A stretch of 64,000 nt of DNA from an uncultured Desulfosarcina sp. (GCA_963674945.2 CAXXWQ010000003.1:2272001-2336000), one strand, 5' to 3'. Numbered from the stretch's first letter, positions 10,440-19,417 are shown. The notes: generated by a model from the letters alone, not told the origin. Numbers and translations: made by a program.

Positions 10440-12242
10440 ATGGGGCATACCACTTGGGTTTACATCATGTTGGGGATATACATCATTTACTGCTTTTATT
10501 GGGGGCTTAAAGGGTATTTTACGGAAAAGACCTCCTCCGGTTACGCCATCGCCGGACGGTCCATTCCCTTCTTTGCCTTCCTCTTGGCAGCAACGGCAGC
10601 ATCTTTTTCCGGATGGACCTTCATCGGCCACCCGGGATTGATCTGGCGGGATGGTCTTGCGTATGCGTTTGCATCCTTTTACGTGTTGACCATTCCCATC
10701 ACCGGCACCTTCTTTTCCAAACGGACCTGGCTGATGGGCAAACGGTACGGTTTCATCACGCCGGGTGACATGTACGCGTATTACTACAACAGCGAGGCGA
10801 TTCGCTTTCTGGTGGTGCTCACCGCCGTGCTGTACTCCATCTTCTACTCGGCGGTACAGCTTATGGCGTCTGCCGCCTTGTTCAACATCATCGCCGGCGT
10901 GCCGGTGACTTTCGGTGCCATCTTCATGGCATTCATCGTCTGGTTTTACGTGTGCACCGGCGGCCTGAAGGCAAGCACCTGGGTGGGGGTCATCCAGTTC
11001 ATCCTGCTGGTGGGCGGTATCATCATCCTGGGACTCTTCGTCGTCACCGCGCCCCAGTTCGGTGGCTGGTCCGGCTTTTCGGCGGCGGTCAACAACCTGG
11101 ACGCCAAATTCCTGGAAGTGCCCCGGGTGATCAACACCGTTGACTATCTTGGCGGTGCCCCGGGTGAAACCGGATGGACGGCGGTCATGGTCCTTACCTA
11201 TATGTTCGCGCTGATGGGCATCCAGAGTTCGCCGGCCTTTACCATGTGGACCTTTGGGATCAAGTCTCCCAAACCCCTTGCCTGGCAGCAGGCGTTCATG
11301 TCCACCTTCGTGGTTGGCTTTGCACTTTTCTTTTTCACCGCCTTTCAGGGCATGGGTGCCAAGGTACTCGAACTGCAGGGCATCGCGGCATTCCAGGACC
11401 TGAACAACGCAACGGTCGTACCGACCCTGATGGTGGAGTTTTTACCCCCCTTCATGCTGGGGATCGTCTTCATGGGTGCCATCGCGGCCATTCACTCCAC
11501 GGCGGCCCCGTATATCGGCACCGGCGGCTCCATTCTGCTGCGCGATATCTACTGGCGCTACATCCGGAAACAGGAAGCCAGCCATGCCGAGCAGATCTGG
11601 ATGAACCGTGTCTTCGCAACCCTTCTCACCATCCTCGCACTGGTCGTTGGCATGACCTCCAAGGCGGCCCTGGTCATCCTCGGGGCACTGGCCACCGCTT
11701 TCGGGTTCGTCATGTACGTGTTGCTACTGGGCGTCATCTGGGGATTCAAGTTCCCGCGGGTGGGCGCCGTACTGGGTGTGCTCGTCGGCATGATTGCCGT
11801 GTTCCTTACATATAAAATCTGGCCCAGCCCACTTTCCATGCACTGCGCGTTCTGGGGCACCTTCAGCGGACTCGTGGTGGCCTACATCTGCAGGGGACTG
11901 GGGATCAAGGACGATGAAGAGACGGCCAAGCGTCAGGCGGAGGTGAGAACCTTCCTCGACGATATCGACGAACCCAGTGAGTCGGGAAAACAGTGGCGCA
12001 GCGTAATGAAAATCGCCACCCCCGTCTGGTATTTCTTTGCCATCGGTCCGGCTTGTATCCTGGGCAACAAGGCATTCTCCTTCTCCGGCTTCACACCGCT
12101 TTGGTCCTGGCAGATCGCCTGGTGGATTCTTGGCATTGTCATGATGTGGGCCCTGTGCTTCAAGGCGGAGATGGCCACCACCAATGAGGTCCAGATCGAC
12201 CGCGCCGAGAAGGAAACCAACATCGTCATCAAAGAAGCCTAA
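10440..12242 (+). CDS. Sodium:solute symporter (SSS) family protein, probable acetate/monocarboxylate permease
   Basis: Many TM helices; YAIAGRS, ATAASFSGWTFIGHPG, TGGLKA and AAIHSTA motifs; GGAGG RBS. Substrate inferred from the adjacent acs. Confidence 0.9.
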   Translation: MGHTTWVYIMLGIYIIYCFYWGLKGYFTEKTSSGYAIAGRSIPFFAFLLAATAASFSGWTFIGHPGLIWRDGLAYAFASFYVLTIPITGTFFSKRTWLMGKRYGFITPGDMYAYYYNSEAIRFLVVLTAVLYSIFYSAVQLMASAALFNIIAGVPVTFGAIFMAFIVWFYVCTGGLKASTWVGVIQFILLVGGIIILGLFVVTAPQFGGWSGFSAAVNNLDAKFLEVPRVINTVDYLGGAPGETGWTAVMVLTYMFALMGIQSSPAFTMWTFGIKSPKPLAWQQAFMSTFVVGFALFFFTAFQGMGAKVLELQGIAAFQDLNNATVVPTLMVEFLPPFMLGIVFMGAIAAIHSTAAPYIGTGGSILLRDIYWRYIRKQEASHAEQIWMNRVFATLLTILALVVGMTSKAALVILGALATAFGFVMYVLLLGVIWGFKFPRVGAVLGVLVGMIAVFLTYKIWPSPLSMHCAFWGTFSGLVVAYICRGLGIKDDEETAKRQAEVRTFLDDIDEPSESGKQWRSVMKIATPVWYFFAIGPACILGNKAFSFSGFTPLWSWQIAWWILGIVMMWALCFKAEMATTNEVQIDRAEKETNIVIKEA

Positions 12243-12272
12243 GCGATAACGATTGCAAAGGAGGTATCGATT

Positions 12273-12359
12273 ATGAAATCAGAAGACCTGTGGATGATCG
12301 GATTGGTTCTGTTCTCCATCCTCTGGACTATGTCCTTTGGTTGGGGCTTGTTCGGATAA
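12273..12359 (+). CDS. 28-aa single-TM small protein, absent from the ORF track
   Basis: AAAGGAGGT RBS, then MKSEDLWMIGLVLFSILWTMSFGWGLFG*, starting 30 nt after the symporter stop. Confidence 0.7.
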   Translation: MKSEDLWMIGLVLFSILWTMSFGWGLFG

Positions 12360-12431
12360 TGGATACGTTGGGTCTGAACCCTGGTGCATGGCACCCGGTC
12401 TGACAACAACCAATCAAGGCAGGGGAAATGA

Positions 12432-12470
12432 ATCCGGACACCGTCCACCAAGACAGGACGATGTCCGGAT
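12432..12470 (+). other. Strong stem-loop after the small protein gene
   Basis: ATCCGGACACCGTCC / GGACGATGTCCGGAT, 15 bp with one mismatch and no U-tract. Confidence 0.55.
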
Positions 12471-12559
12471 CTGCCCCAATGCAAGAAGGTGCAGGCATAT
12501 CGGCTTTCGTATTTCGCCGAACAAAGCCGCGTTATCGAAAATAATGACAGACAGAGGAT

Positions 12560-12793
12560 ATGAAAATGTCTTTAAAACCGAAAAAAGTTACCTGCCAGTG
12601 CGGTAACACCATCGTCACTACACGCGATCGCACTTGGTGCGAACGGTGTGCCAATCCCGTGTACTATCACTCGAAGGATAAAAACAAAAATAAGTGGAAT
12701 CATGTTTACGTCACGGGTGTCCTCGTCGCCGTGATCGGCTTTTTAACCTATGTATTCATGGAACTTATTGCATCACCGCTTCTCTCTTTGTAA
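12560..12793 (+). CDS. Small Zn-ribbon protein with C-terminal TM helix
   Basis: CQC...CERC, a basic linker and a hydrophobic tail; GAGGA RBS. Confidence 0.7.
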   Translation: MKMSLKPKKVTCQCGNTIVTTRDRTWCERCANPVYYHSKDKNKNKWNHVYVTGVLVAVIGFLTYVFMELIASPLLSL

Positions 12794-12949
12794 AAAGTTT
12801 TTTCAGACCAAGCGTGATCAAAACCAGAAAAAATGGATCTAATTTTTCCATTTTTCAATGGTCTGAAATTAAAAAGAGAAAAACTTTTTATAGAATCTCT
12901 TAAATTGCTTTGGTTGAGCAGTTTCGAAAAAGATTGGGTCTTGCCTTCC

Positions 12950-13318
12950 ATGGCCTATAAAATCCTCATTGTCGATGATGAACCGAGTATTACCATACCA
13001 TTGAAGTTTCTCATGGAGAAGAATCAATTTGAGGTGATGGTCGTTCACAACGGAGAAGATGCCCTTTCTACGATCGATTGTTTTCAGCCGGACCTGATAT
13101 TGCTCGATGTCATGCTCCCATCCCTGGATGGATTCCAGGTCTGCCAAAACCTGAAGTCCGATCCAAAACGAAAATCCATCAAGGTGATTTTTCTTTCCGC
13201 CCTGACGCGTGATCTGGACATGGCCAAGGGAAATACGCTGGGTGCGGATGCCTATATCACCAAGCCTTTTTCCAATGCCGACGTCGTCCGGCAGGTGAAA
13301 GAACTTCTTTCGGGATGA
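12950..13318 (+). CDS. Single-domain response regulator (receiver only)
   Basis: KILIVDDE, LLDVMLP, FLSA, YITKPF. Start moved to ATG 12950; ATGA overlap with the next gene. Confidence 0.92.
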   Translation: MAYKILIVDDEPSITIPLKFLMEKNQFEVMVVHNGEDALSTIDCFQPDLILLDVMLPSLDGFQVCQNLKSDPKRKSIKVIFLSALTRDLDMAKGNTLGADAYITKPFSNADVVRQVKELLSG

Positions 13319-15501
13319 GATGGAACAATAAATTCTGGCTTTTCGTCCTCGTCTGTACCCTGTTTACAACCGGAATTGCCGCTACCCTGGCAATTCTATT
13401 CTGGAGACAACTCACTTTCCTGGAGCAGCAGACCCTGATCGGGCTGTTCAAGGCCCAATTCTGGTACTTTTTCAGCACATGCGTTTTTCTTTTCGCCGCT
13501 TTCGGCTTTACCCTCGACTGGTTCTTTCGTTTCTACATCCTTCCCCTGAATCAAATGATCGAAGAGACCCGCGTGATGAAATCGGTCAATGCGGCCCATC
13601 GTCTGCAAATCGACGGCAGCCGGGAGATCAAAATGCTTTCGGAGCTGATCAATTGTTTTGCCGACCAGTACGAAGCGGCCAAACACGACATCGACCAGAC
13701 CATCGAGAACGAAAAAGCCAAAACCGAAGCAGAAAAGAACATCCTGGCGACGATCATGGCCGAACTCACCCAGGGGGTGATGATCTGCGATACGGTGGGG
13801 AGAATTTTGCTTTACAACCATCGGGCGCAACGGCTCTTGAACCGGGATCGTGCCCAGACGCTGACGGAAACACCGGAAGAGGAAGAAAAGGCGATACCCG
13901 ATGGTTTCGTAGGGCTGCGGCGAAGTGTGTACGCCCTGATAGACAAGGATCTGGTTCGGCATGCCCTTAAGGAGATTCAAAGAAAGCTGGAGACAAAAAA
14001 GGAGAATGTATCCTCGCAATTTGTCATGGTAAATGCGCAGCGTCGGCAATTGCACGTGGAGGTGCTTCCGATACTCGATGCCGATCAGCGATTTGCGGGA
14101 TTTGTGTTGATCTTTTCGGATATCACCCATGAACTGGAGGATGCGATCCAGTTAGACCGACGGCTCAGTGAAATGGCCATGGCACTTCGTTCCTCCATCG
14201 CGGCCATTCGTTCGGCCGTGGACCTGCTGATTCAATTCCCCGAAATGAAGGCTCAGGAGAAAGAGGCCTTCTTTACGATTATTTCGGATGAGACCCAATC
14301 CTTGAGCCAGAATTTGGGGTCGAAGTTCAGCGACACCAACCAGTATACTAGATCCCGGTGGCCGCTGGTTCCCATCATCGTGATCGATTTCATATCCACC
14401 TTGAAAAGCGAATCGGCCGACATTGCGAATATTGCCGTCGATGCGGACGAGTGGGATGCACGATGCATGATCAAGGTGGACAATTACTCTATGGTTCTGG
14501 CCATACACTTCGTCATCTCCTGTTTGATGGAGGAGTGCAATGCCGCCTTGGAACGGATTCGCTTGAGCGCACCCGGAAATCTGGTACAGATGGATCTCAT
14601 CTGGAGGGGACAGCCGGTCAAGATTGAAACCTTGCGACGATGGAACGAACGGCCATTGGCCATATACAGAAGCGGATACACATTGACATTGAAAGAGGTG
14701 CTCACCCATCACCATGCCGAGCTATGGCCGCACACCGAAAATGCCGATGGTGAGGAAAACTGCTTACGGCTGTTCATTCCCATGATCCAGTCCAAAACAC
14801 ACGCGGAAGATGTGCGAAAGGTCACCTTTCTGCCCAAGGGGCGTCCCGAATTTTACGATTTCGATCTCTTTAGCCAGGCCGGCCGGACACCCGAGCTGGA
14901 AAATCGGCTTCTGGGGGAGCTGACCTATACGGTTTTCGATACGGAAACAACGGGCCTGGATCCCAGAGGCGGAGACGAAATCATCTCCATCGGCGCCATC
15001 CGCTTGGTCAACGGTCGGCTGTTGTATACGGAAAGCATCAGCCAATTGGTCGATCCCGGTCGTCCGATTCCGGCTGAGTCATTCAAATATCACGGTATCG
15101 ACGACGAAATGCTCAAGGGCAAACCTTCCATCGATCAGGCGCTGGCCTTTTTCCACCGTTTTGCGAAAAATACGGTACTGGTGGGTCACAATGCCGCCTT
15201 CGATATGCGGATGCTCCAAATGAAGGAGAAGGAGACCAACATTCGATTCATCAACCCGGTGCTGGATACCATGCATCTTTCCGCCATCGTCCATCCCTCC
15301 CACAGCGACCATTCCCTGGACAGCATCTCCATAAGACTCGGCGTAGACGTGGTCAAGCGACACGACGCCTTGGAAGATGCCATTGCCACAGGCAAGGTCT
15401 TTTTGAAGATGATTCCCCTGCTCAACGAGAAAAAGATCTTTACCCTCAAAGATGCACTTGTTGCTTCGCAGCGGACATACTATGCTCGGCTCAAGTATTG
15501 A
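13315..15501 (+). CDS. Membrane-anchored HAMP/PAS/pseudo-HisKA protein with C-terminal DEDDh 3'-5' exonuclease (DnaQ-like) domain
   Basis: Two N-terminal TMs; PAS (GVMICDTVGRILLYN); HisKA-like helix without His (AMALRSSIAAIRSAVDLL); Exo motifs VFDTETTG, GHNAAFD, HDALED. Confidence 0.88.
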   Translation: MRWNNKFWLFVLVCTLFTTGIAATLAILFWRQLTFLEQQTLIGLFKAQFWYFFSTCVFLFAAFGFTLDWFFRFYILPLNQMIEETRVMKSVNAAHRLQIDGSREIKMLSELINCFADQYEAAKHDIDQTIENEKAKTEAEKNILATIMAELTQGVMICDTVGRILLYNHRAQRLLNRDRAQTLTETPEEEEKAIPDGFVGLRRSVYALIDKDLVRHALKEIQRKLETKKENVSSQFVMVNAQRRQLHVEVLPILDADQRFAGFVLIFSDITHELEDAIQLDRRLSEMAMALRSSIAAIRSAVDLLIQFPEMKAQEKEAFFTIISDETQSLSQNLGSKFSDTNQYTRSRWPLVPIIVIDFISTLKSESADIANIAVDADEWDARCMIKVDNYSMVLAIHFVISCLMEECNAALERIRLSAPGNLVQMDLIWRGQPVKIETLRRWNERPLAIYRSGYTLTLKEVLTHHHAELWPHTENADGEENCLRLFIPMIQSKTHAEDVRKVTFLPKGRPEFYDFDLFSQAGRTPELENRLLGELTYTVFDTETTGLDPRGGDEIISIGAIRLVNGRLLYTESISQLVDPGRPIPAESFKYHGIDDEMLKGKPSIDQALAFFHRFAKNTVLVGHNAAFDMRMLQMKEKETNIRFINPVLDTMHLSAIVHPSHSDHSLDSISIRLGVDVVKRHDALEDAIATGKVFLKMIPLLNEKKIFTLKDALVASQRTYYARLKY

Positions 15502-15532
15502 CGTACAAACCCAATAATGGCAAATTTGTCCC

Positions 15533-16630
15533 ATGAAGCTGAAAAAGTTATTTGTTGATGCCGCCATTGAATCCCATCCCCAGACCAGACGCATTTCAGA
15601 GAAAATCGGCCTTTCGGCCCAGGTCGTCCATGACCCGTCGGATCTGTTCAGAAGGGTTAACCAATCCCCCGACCCGGTTGGTCGCGGCAAGGAGATGCTG
15701 TATCTGACGCGTAACAAGGGGAATTTCGTTAAATCCTGTCCTGGAACGCGTGAATACACCTGCTGTGACTACAAGATCCTGCACGTGGCCTGTTTTTGTA
15801 CCATGGATTGCGCCTATTGCATCCTGCAGAGTTATTTCCATCCCCCCCTTCTTCAATTTTTCGTCAACCGGGAGGACATGGATAACGAACTCGACAGGCT
15901 TTTCGAGAATCGTGAGACTGCCCGTGTAGGTACAGGCGAGTTCACCGACAGCCTCATCTGGGAAAACTGGACGGATCTCACCGACCACCTGGTTGCCCGC
16001 TTTGCCGCCCAGGACAGCGCTGTTTTGGAATTGAAAACAAAGACCGTCAATATTCATCGGCTCGAGGGGTTGAATCACCGGAAACGGACGATTCTGGCCT
16101 GGTCATTGAACACGCCGGCCGTCATCCAGTCCGAAGAACGGAGAACCGCATCCTTGGAAGCACGCCTGAAAGCCGCAAGAAGATGCCAGGACTGGGGATA
16201 TCCCCTGGCCTTTCATTTCGATCCGATGATTCTCTACCCTGGATGCGAGGCTGCATATGAAAAGGTCGTTCACCAACTCTTCTCGTGGATTCGACCCGAG
16301 AATATCGTGTGGATCAGTTTGGGGACATTCCGTTACATGCCATCACTGAAACCAATCGTCGAAAAGCGGTTTCCGGAGTCCAAAATCGTCTATGGGGAAT
16401 TTATCACGGGACTGGACAACAAGATGCGCTATTTCAAACCCCTTCGCATCGACTTGTATCGAAAGATGGCGAAATGGATAAGGGCTCTCGCTCCGGACGT
16501 GACCCTCTATTTCTGCATGGAGGACGATGAAGTGTGGAATGGCGCCCTTGGCTTCTCGCCACCTGCAGATGGCGGCCTTAAAAGAATGTTGGATGCGTCT
16601 GCCGTCAGGATATGCGGACTGAATCCATGA
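15533..16630 (+). CDS. Spore photoproduct lyase (SplB)-like radical SAM protein
   Basis: CTMDCAYC (CxxxCxxC), GEFTDSL, LELKTKT, WSLN, ASLEARLKAA, YFCME. Confidence 0.85.
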   Translation: MKLKKLFVDAAIESHPQTRRISEKIGLSAQVVHDPSDLFRRVNQSPDPVGRGKEMLYLTRNKGNFVKSCPGTREYTCCDYKILHVACFCTMDCAYCILQSYFHPPLLQFFVNREDMDNELDRLFENRETARVGTGEFTDSLIWENWTDLTDHLVARFAAQDSAVLELKTKTVNIHRLEGLNHRKRTILAWSLNTPAVIQSEERRTASLEARLKAARRCQDWGYPLAFHFDPMILYPGCEAAYEKVVHQLFSWIRPENIVWISLGTFRYMPSLKPIVEKRFPESKIVYGEFITGLDNKMRYFKPLRIDLYRKMAKWIRALAPDVTLYFCMEDDEVWNGALGFSPPADGGLKRMLDASAVRICGLNP

Positions 16631-17298
16631 AACGAACAGCAGGCCGTTTTATTGGGAGACCGGTTGTTGCTCTTCATGTACTATTGGTCATTATCCATCT
16701 CGGCTTTACCCCATCCTGTGAAGCCGGCCAACGCTGGGTCCGCGTGAAGTGGGTGGTCGATGGGGATACGATCATCCTGAAAGATGGTCGACATATACGT
16801 TATATCGGCATGGATACGCCCGAAATCGATCACGAGCACGACCGGGCCGAACCCATGGGGTACGAAGCAAAAATCGCCAACCGTCGACTGGTGGAAGGCT
16901 GGAAACTGCGACTGGAATTTGATCGGGAAAGGCATGATCGGTATGACAGGATTCTTGCCTATGTGTATCGAAGCGACGGGCTTTTCGTAAATGGTGAGCT
17001 TCTCGAACAAGGTTTTGCCCACCTGCTTATCCACTTTCCCAACACCGCCAAAGAGAAGACCCTGCGAAACGCCCAGCGAGCGGCCATGCAAGCGGGCAGG
17101 GGAGTATGGAAAACCATCGACAAAAATGCCCGCCCTTCCCATGGTTATCTTGGAAATCGGCGGTCCAAACGATTTCACGCTCACGATTGCCCAAGGGGCA
17201 ACAAAATGTCTCCCAAAAATCGAATCCGGTTCAAAAACCTTTGGGAGGCGTTTTGGAACGGGTATGCACCGGACAAGGCGTGCATCGCTTTTCCATAA
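16627..17298 (+). CDS. Thermonuclease (SNase) family protein with C-terminal Ada-like metal-binding domain, probably secreted
   Basis: Signal-peptide-like N-terminus; VVDGDTI, RYIGMDTPE, DRYDRILAYVY; tail GNRRSKRFHAHDC...GYAPDKAC. ATGA overlap with the SplB-like gene. Confidence 0.9.
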   Translation: MKRTAGRFIGRPVVALHVLLVIIHLGFTPSCEAGQRWVRVKWVVDGDTIILKDGRHIRYIGMDTPEIDHEHDRAEPMGYEAKIANRRLVEGWKLRLEFDRERHDRYDRILAYVYRSDGLFVNGELLEQGFAHLLIHFPNTAKEKTLRNAQRAAMQAGRGVWKTIDKNARPSHGYLGNRRSKRFHAHDCPRGNKMSPKNRIRFKNLWEAFWNGYAPDKACIAFP

Positions 17299-17324
17299 AA
17301 AAAGGAGGGCCAACGCCCTCCTTT
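17297..17324 (-). terminator. Intrinsic terminator between the convergent nuclease and EF-G genes, probably bidirectional
   Basis: AAAGGAGGGC-CAAC-GCCCTCCTTT with an A-run on the left. Confidence 0.8.
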
Positions 17325-17353
17325 CTTATCGACTCGAAATCCTAAGGCGACTA

Positions 17354-19417
17354 CTATTCCTGTTCGGCTTTTATCTGCTCGATCACCTTGGTGGCGATCT
17401 GGGCGGGCACCTCGTCGTATCGTAAAAATTCCATGGAGTACATCCCACGACCACCGGTCATGGACCGCAGATCCGGTGCATAGGTCTGGAATTCGGCCAG
17501 AGGCACTTCCGCGTTGATTACCTGGTTCTTGCCGGCGGAATCCATTCCGAGTACTCTTCCTCTGCGGCTGTTCAGATCGCCCATAATGTCTCCCATATAC
17601 TCGTCCGGAGTGGTGACGGTCACCTTCATGATGGGCTCCAGAAGAACCGGATTGGCATCCTCGCAGGCCTTTTTGTAGGCAAGAGAACCGGCCACCTTGA
17701 AAGCCATTTCCGATGAGTCCACGGCGTGATAACTGCCGAAATCACAGGTTGCACGAAAATCCACACATGGGGCTCCGATCAGCGGCCCCTTCTGGCAGGC
17801 TTCCACGATGCCCTTTTCCACTGCCGGAATGTATTGTTTGGGAATCACGCCGCCCACGATGGCGTCCACAAATTCGAAACCGGCACCGCGGGGCAGGGGC
17901 TCCATGGCAATCCAGCAGTCCCCGTACTGACCGTGACCGCCGGATTGTTTCTTGTGTTTGCCCTGAACGCGCACTTTCTTTTTAATCGTTTCCCGATAGG
18001 GAATCTTCGGCGTCTTTAACAGGACCTCTACGTTGTATTTTCGTTTCAATTTCTCGATGGTGCTTTCGATGTGCACCTGCCCGGAACCGGAGAGCAGGAT
18101 CTCTTTGGTTTCCGGGTTCCGTTCCAGCTTCAGGGCGATGTCTTCCTCCAGGAGTTTGGTCAACGAGATGTAGATTTTGTCCTCGTCACCGGTGGCTTTG
18201 GATTCAAGGGCGAAGGAGATTAATGTGGGCAAGGGCTCGGCACAGGTGTATCGGATCTTATTGCCGTCGTCGCAAAGGGTGTCGCCGGTTTTTGTCTCCT
18301 TGAGCTTGGCAACCGCGACGATAGAGCCGGGTCCGGCCTCCTTGGCGGGTTTCTGCTCTTTTCCTGCGACGGTCAACAGCTGGTTGAACCGCTCTTTGGT
18401 TTCCTTCGTCGAGTTGTAAAAGTTGCCATCGCTGCCCAGCTTTCCCGATACCACCTTGAAGATGGTCAAGCGGCCGGCATAGGGATCGGCAACCGTCTTG
18501 AATACGAAGGCGGAGAAGGGGGCACTTTCATCGAAGGCCCGTTCGATCTCCTCGTCGTTTGCCGGGTTCACGCCTTTCATGGGAGGATTGTCCAGGGGGG
18601 AGGGCAGACAGCTGGTCATGAAATCCATTAACAGATCGACACCGATATTGCGCGTGGCAGAACCGCACAGCACCGGTGCGAACGCTCTGTCGAGGATCCC
18701 TTTTTTCAATGTTTTCCTAAGTTCATCGTTTGTGATCTCCTCGCCTTCCAGATAGCGCTCGATGAGGGCATCATCCGCCTCGGCCACATTTTCGATGAGG
18801 GTTTCCCGTTCGGTCTCCACGGTGTCCTGCATATCGCCGGGAATATCGATCTCGGTTGCATTACCGCTTTCGTCATAGGAGTAGGCTTTCATTCCGATAA
18901 GGTCGACGACGCCGGAAAAGTCCGCCTCGCTGCCGATGGGAAGCTGAAGGATAATGGGTTTTGGAGAAAGGCATTGGACCGCATCTTCGACGGTGCGGGA
19001 AAAATCGGCGCGCTCTCTGTCCAATTTGTTGATGAAGATCGCGCAGGGGAGGTTGAATTCCGATGCAAATTCACAAACCTGCTCTGTCTGCACCTTGACG
19101 CCGTCCACGGCATCCACGAGGATGAGGGCTGTATCGGCAGCCTGCATGCACAATTTGGAATCGGAGATGAAATTCTGATCTCCAGGGGTGTCGATAAGAC
19201 TGATGGTATGCTTTTTCCAGGGCAGCTGAAAAAAACCACTGGAAATACTGGCTTGCCGCTTGAGCTCTTCCGGCTCGAAATCCATCACCGTATTGCCGTC
19301 TTCCACCCTTCCGATGCGGGTCGTCATGCCGGCCTTGTTAATCATGACCTCTGCAAGTGATGTCTTTCCAGATCCACCATGGGCAACTAGTGCCACATTT
19401 CGTAAGGTTTCATTCAT
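17354..19417 (-). CDS. fusA: Elongation factor G paralog (EF-G2-like)
   Basis: Full EF-G architecture (DTPG, NKLD, KKQSGGHGQY, HAVDSSEMAF), with divergent G1 (AHGGSGKTS) and G2 (RQASIS). Not in an rpsL-rpsG operon. Confidence 0.9.
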   Translation of the reverse strand: MNETLRNVALVAHGGSGKTSLAEVMINKAGMTTRIGRVEDGNTVMDFEPEELKRQASISSGFFQLPWKKHTISLIDTPGDQNFISDSKLCMQAADTALILVDAVDGVKVQTEQVCEFASEFNLPCAIFINKLDRERADFSRTVEDAVQCLSPKPIILQLPIGSEADFSGVVDLIGMKAYSYDESGNATEIDIPGDMQDTVETERETLIENVAEADDALIERYLEGEEITNDELRKTLKKGILDRAFAPVLCGSATRNIGVDLLMDFMTSCLPSPLDNPPMKGVNPANDEEIERAFDESAPFSAFVFKTVADPYAGRLTIFKVVSGKLGSDGNFYNSTKETKERFNQLLTVAGKEQKPAKEAGPGSIVAVAKLKETKTGDTLCDDGNKIRYTCAEPLPTLISFALESKATGDEDKIYISLTKLLEEDIALKLERNPETKEILLSGSGQVHIESTIEKLKRKYNVEVLLKTPKIPYRETIKKKVRVQGKHKKQSGGHGQYGDCWIAMEPLPRGAGFEFVDAIVGGVIPKQYIPAVEKGIVEACQKGPLIGAPCVDFRATCDFGSYHAVDSSEMAFKVAGSLAYKKACEDANPVLLEPIMKVTVTTPDEYMGDIMGDLNSRRGRVLGMDSAGKNQVINAEVPLAEFQTYAPDLRSMTGGRGMYSMEFLRYDEVPAQIATKVIEQIKAEQE

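Noticed and set aside
12337..12606. 89-aa ORF between the permease and the Zn-ribbon gene
   Set aside because: It has no RBS, overlaps two better-supported small ORFs and runs through a hairpin.
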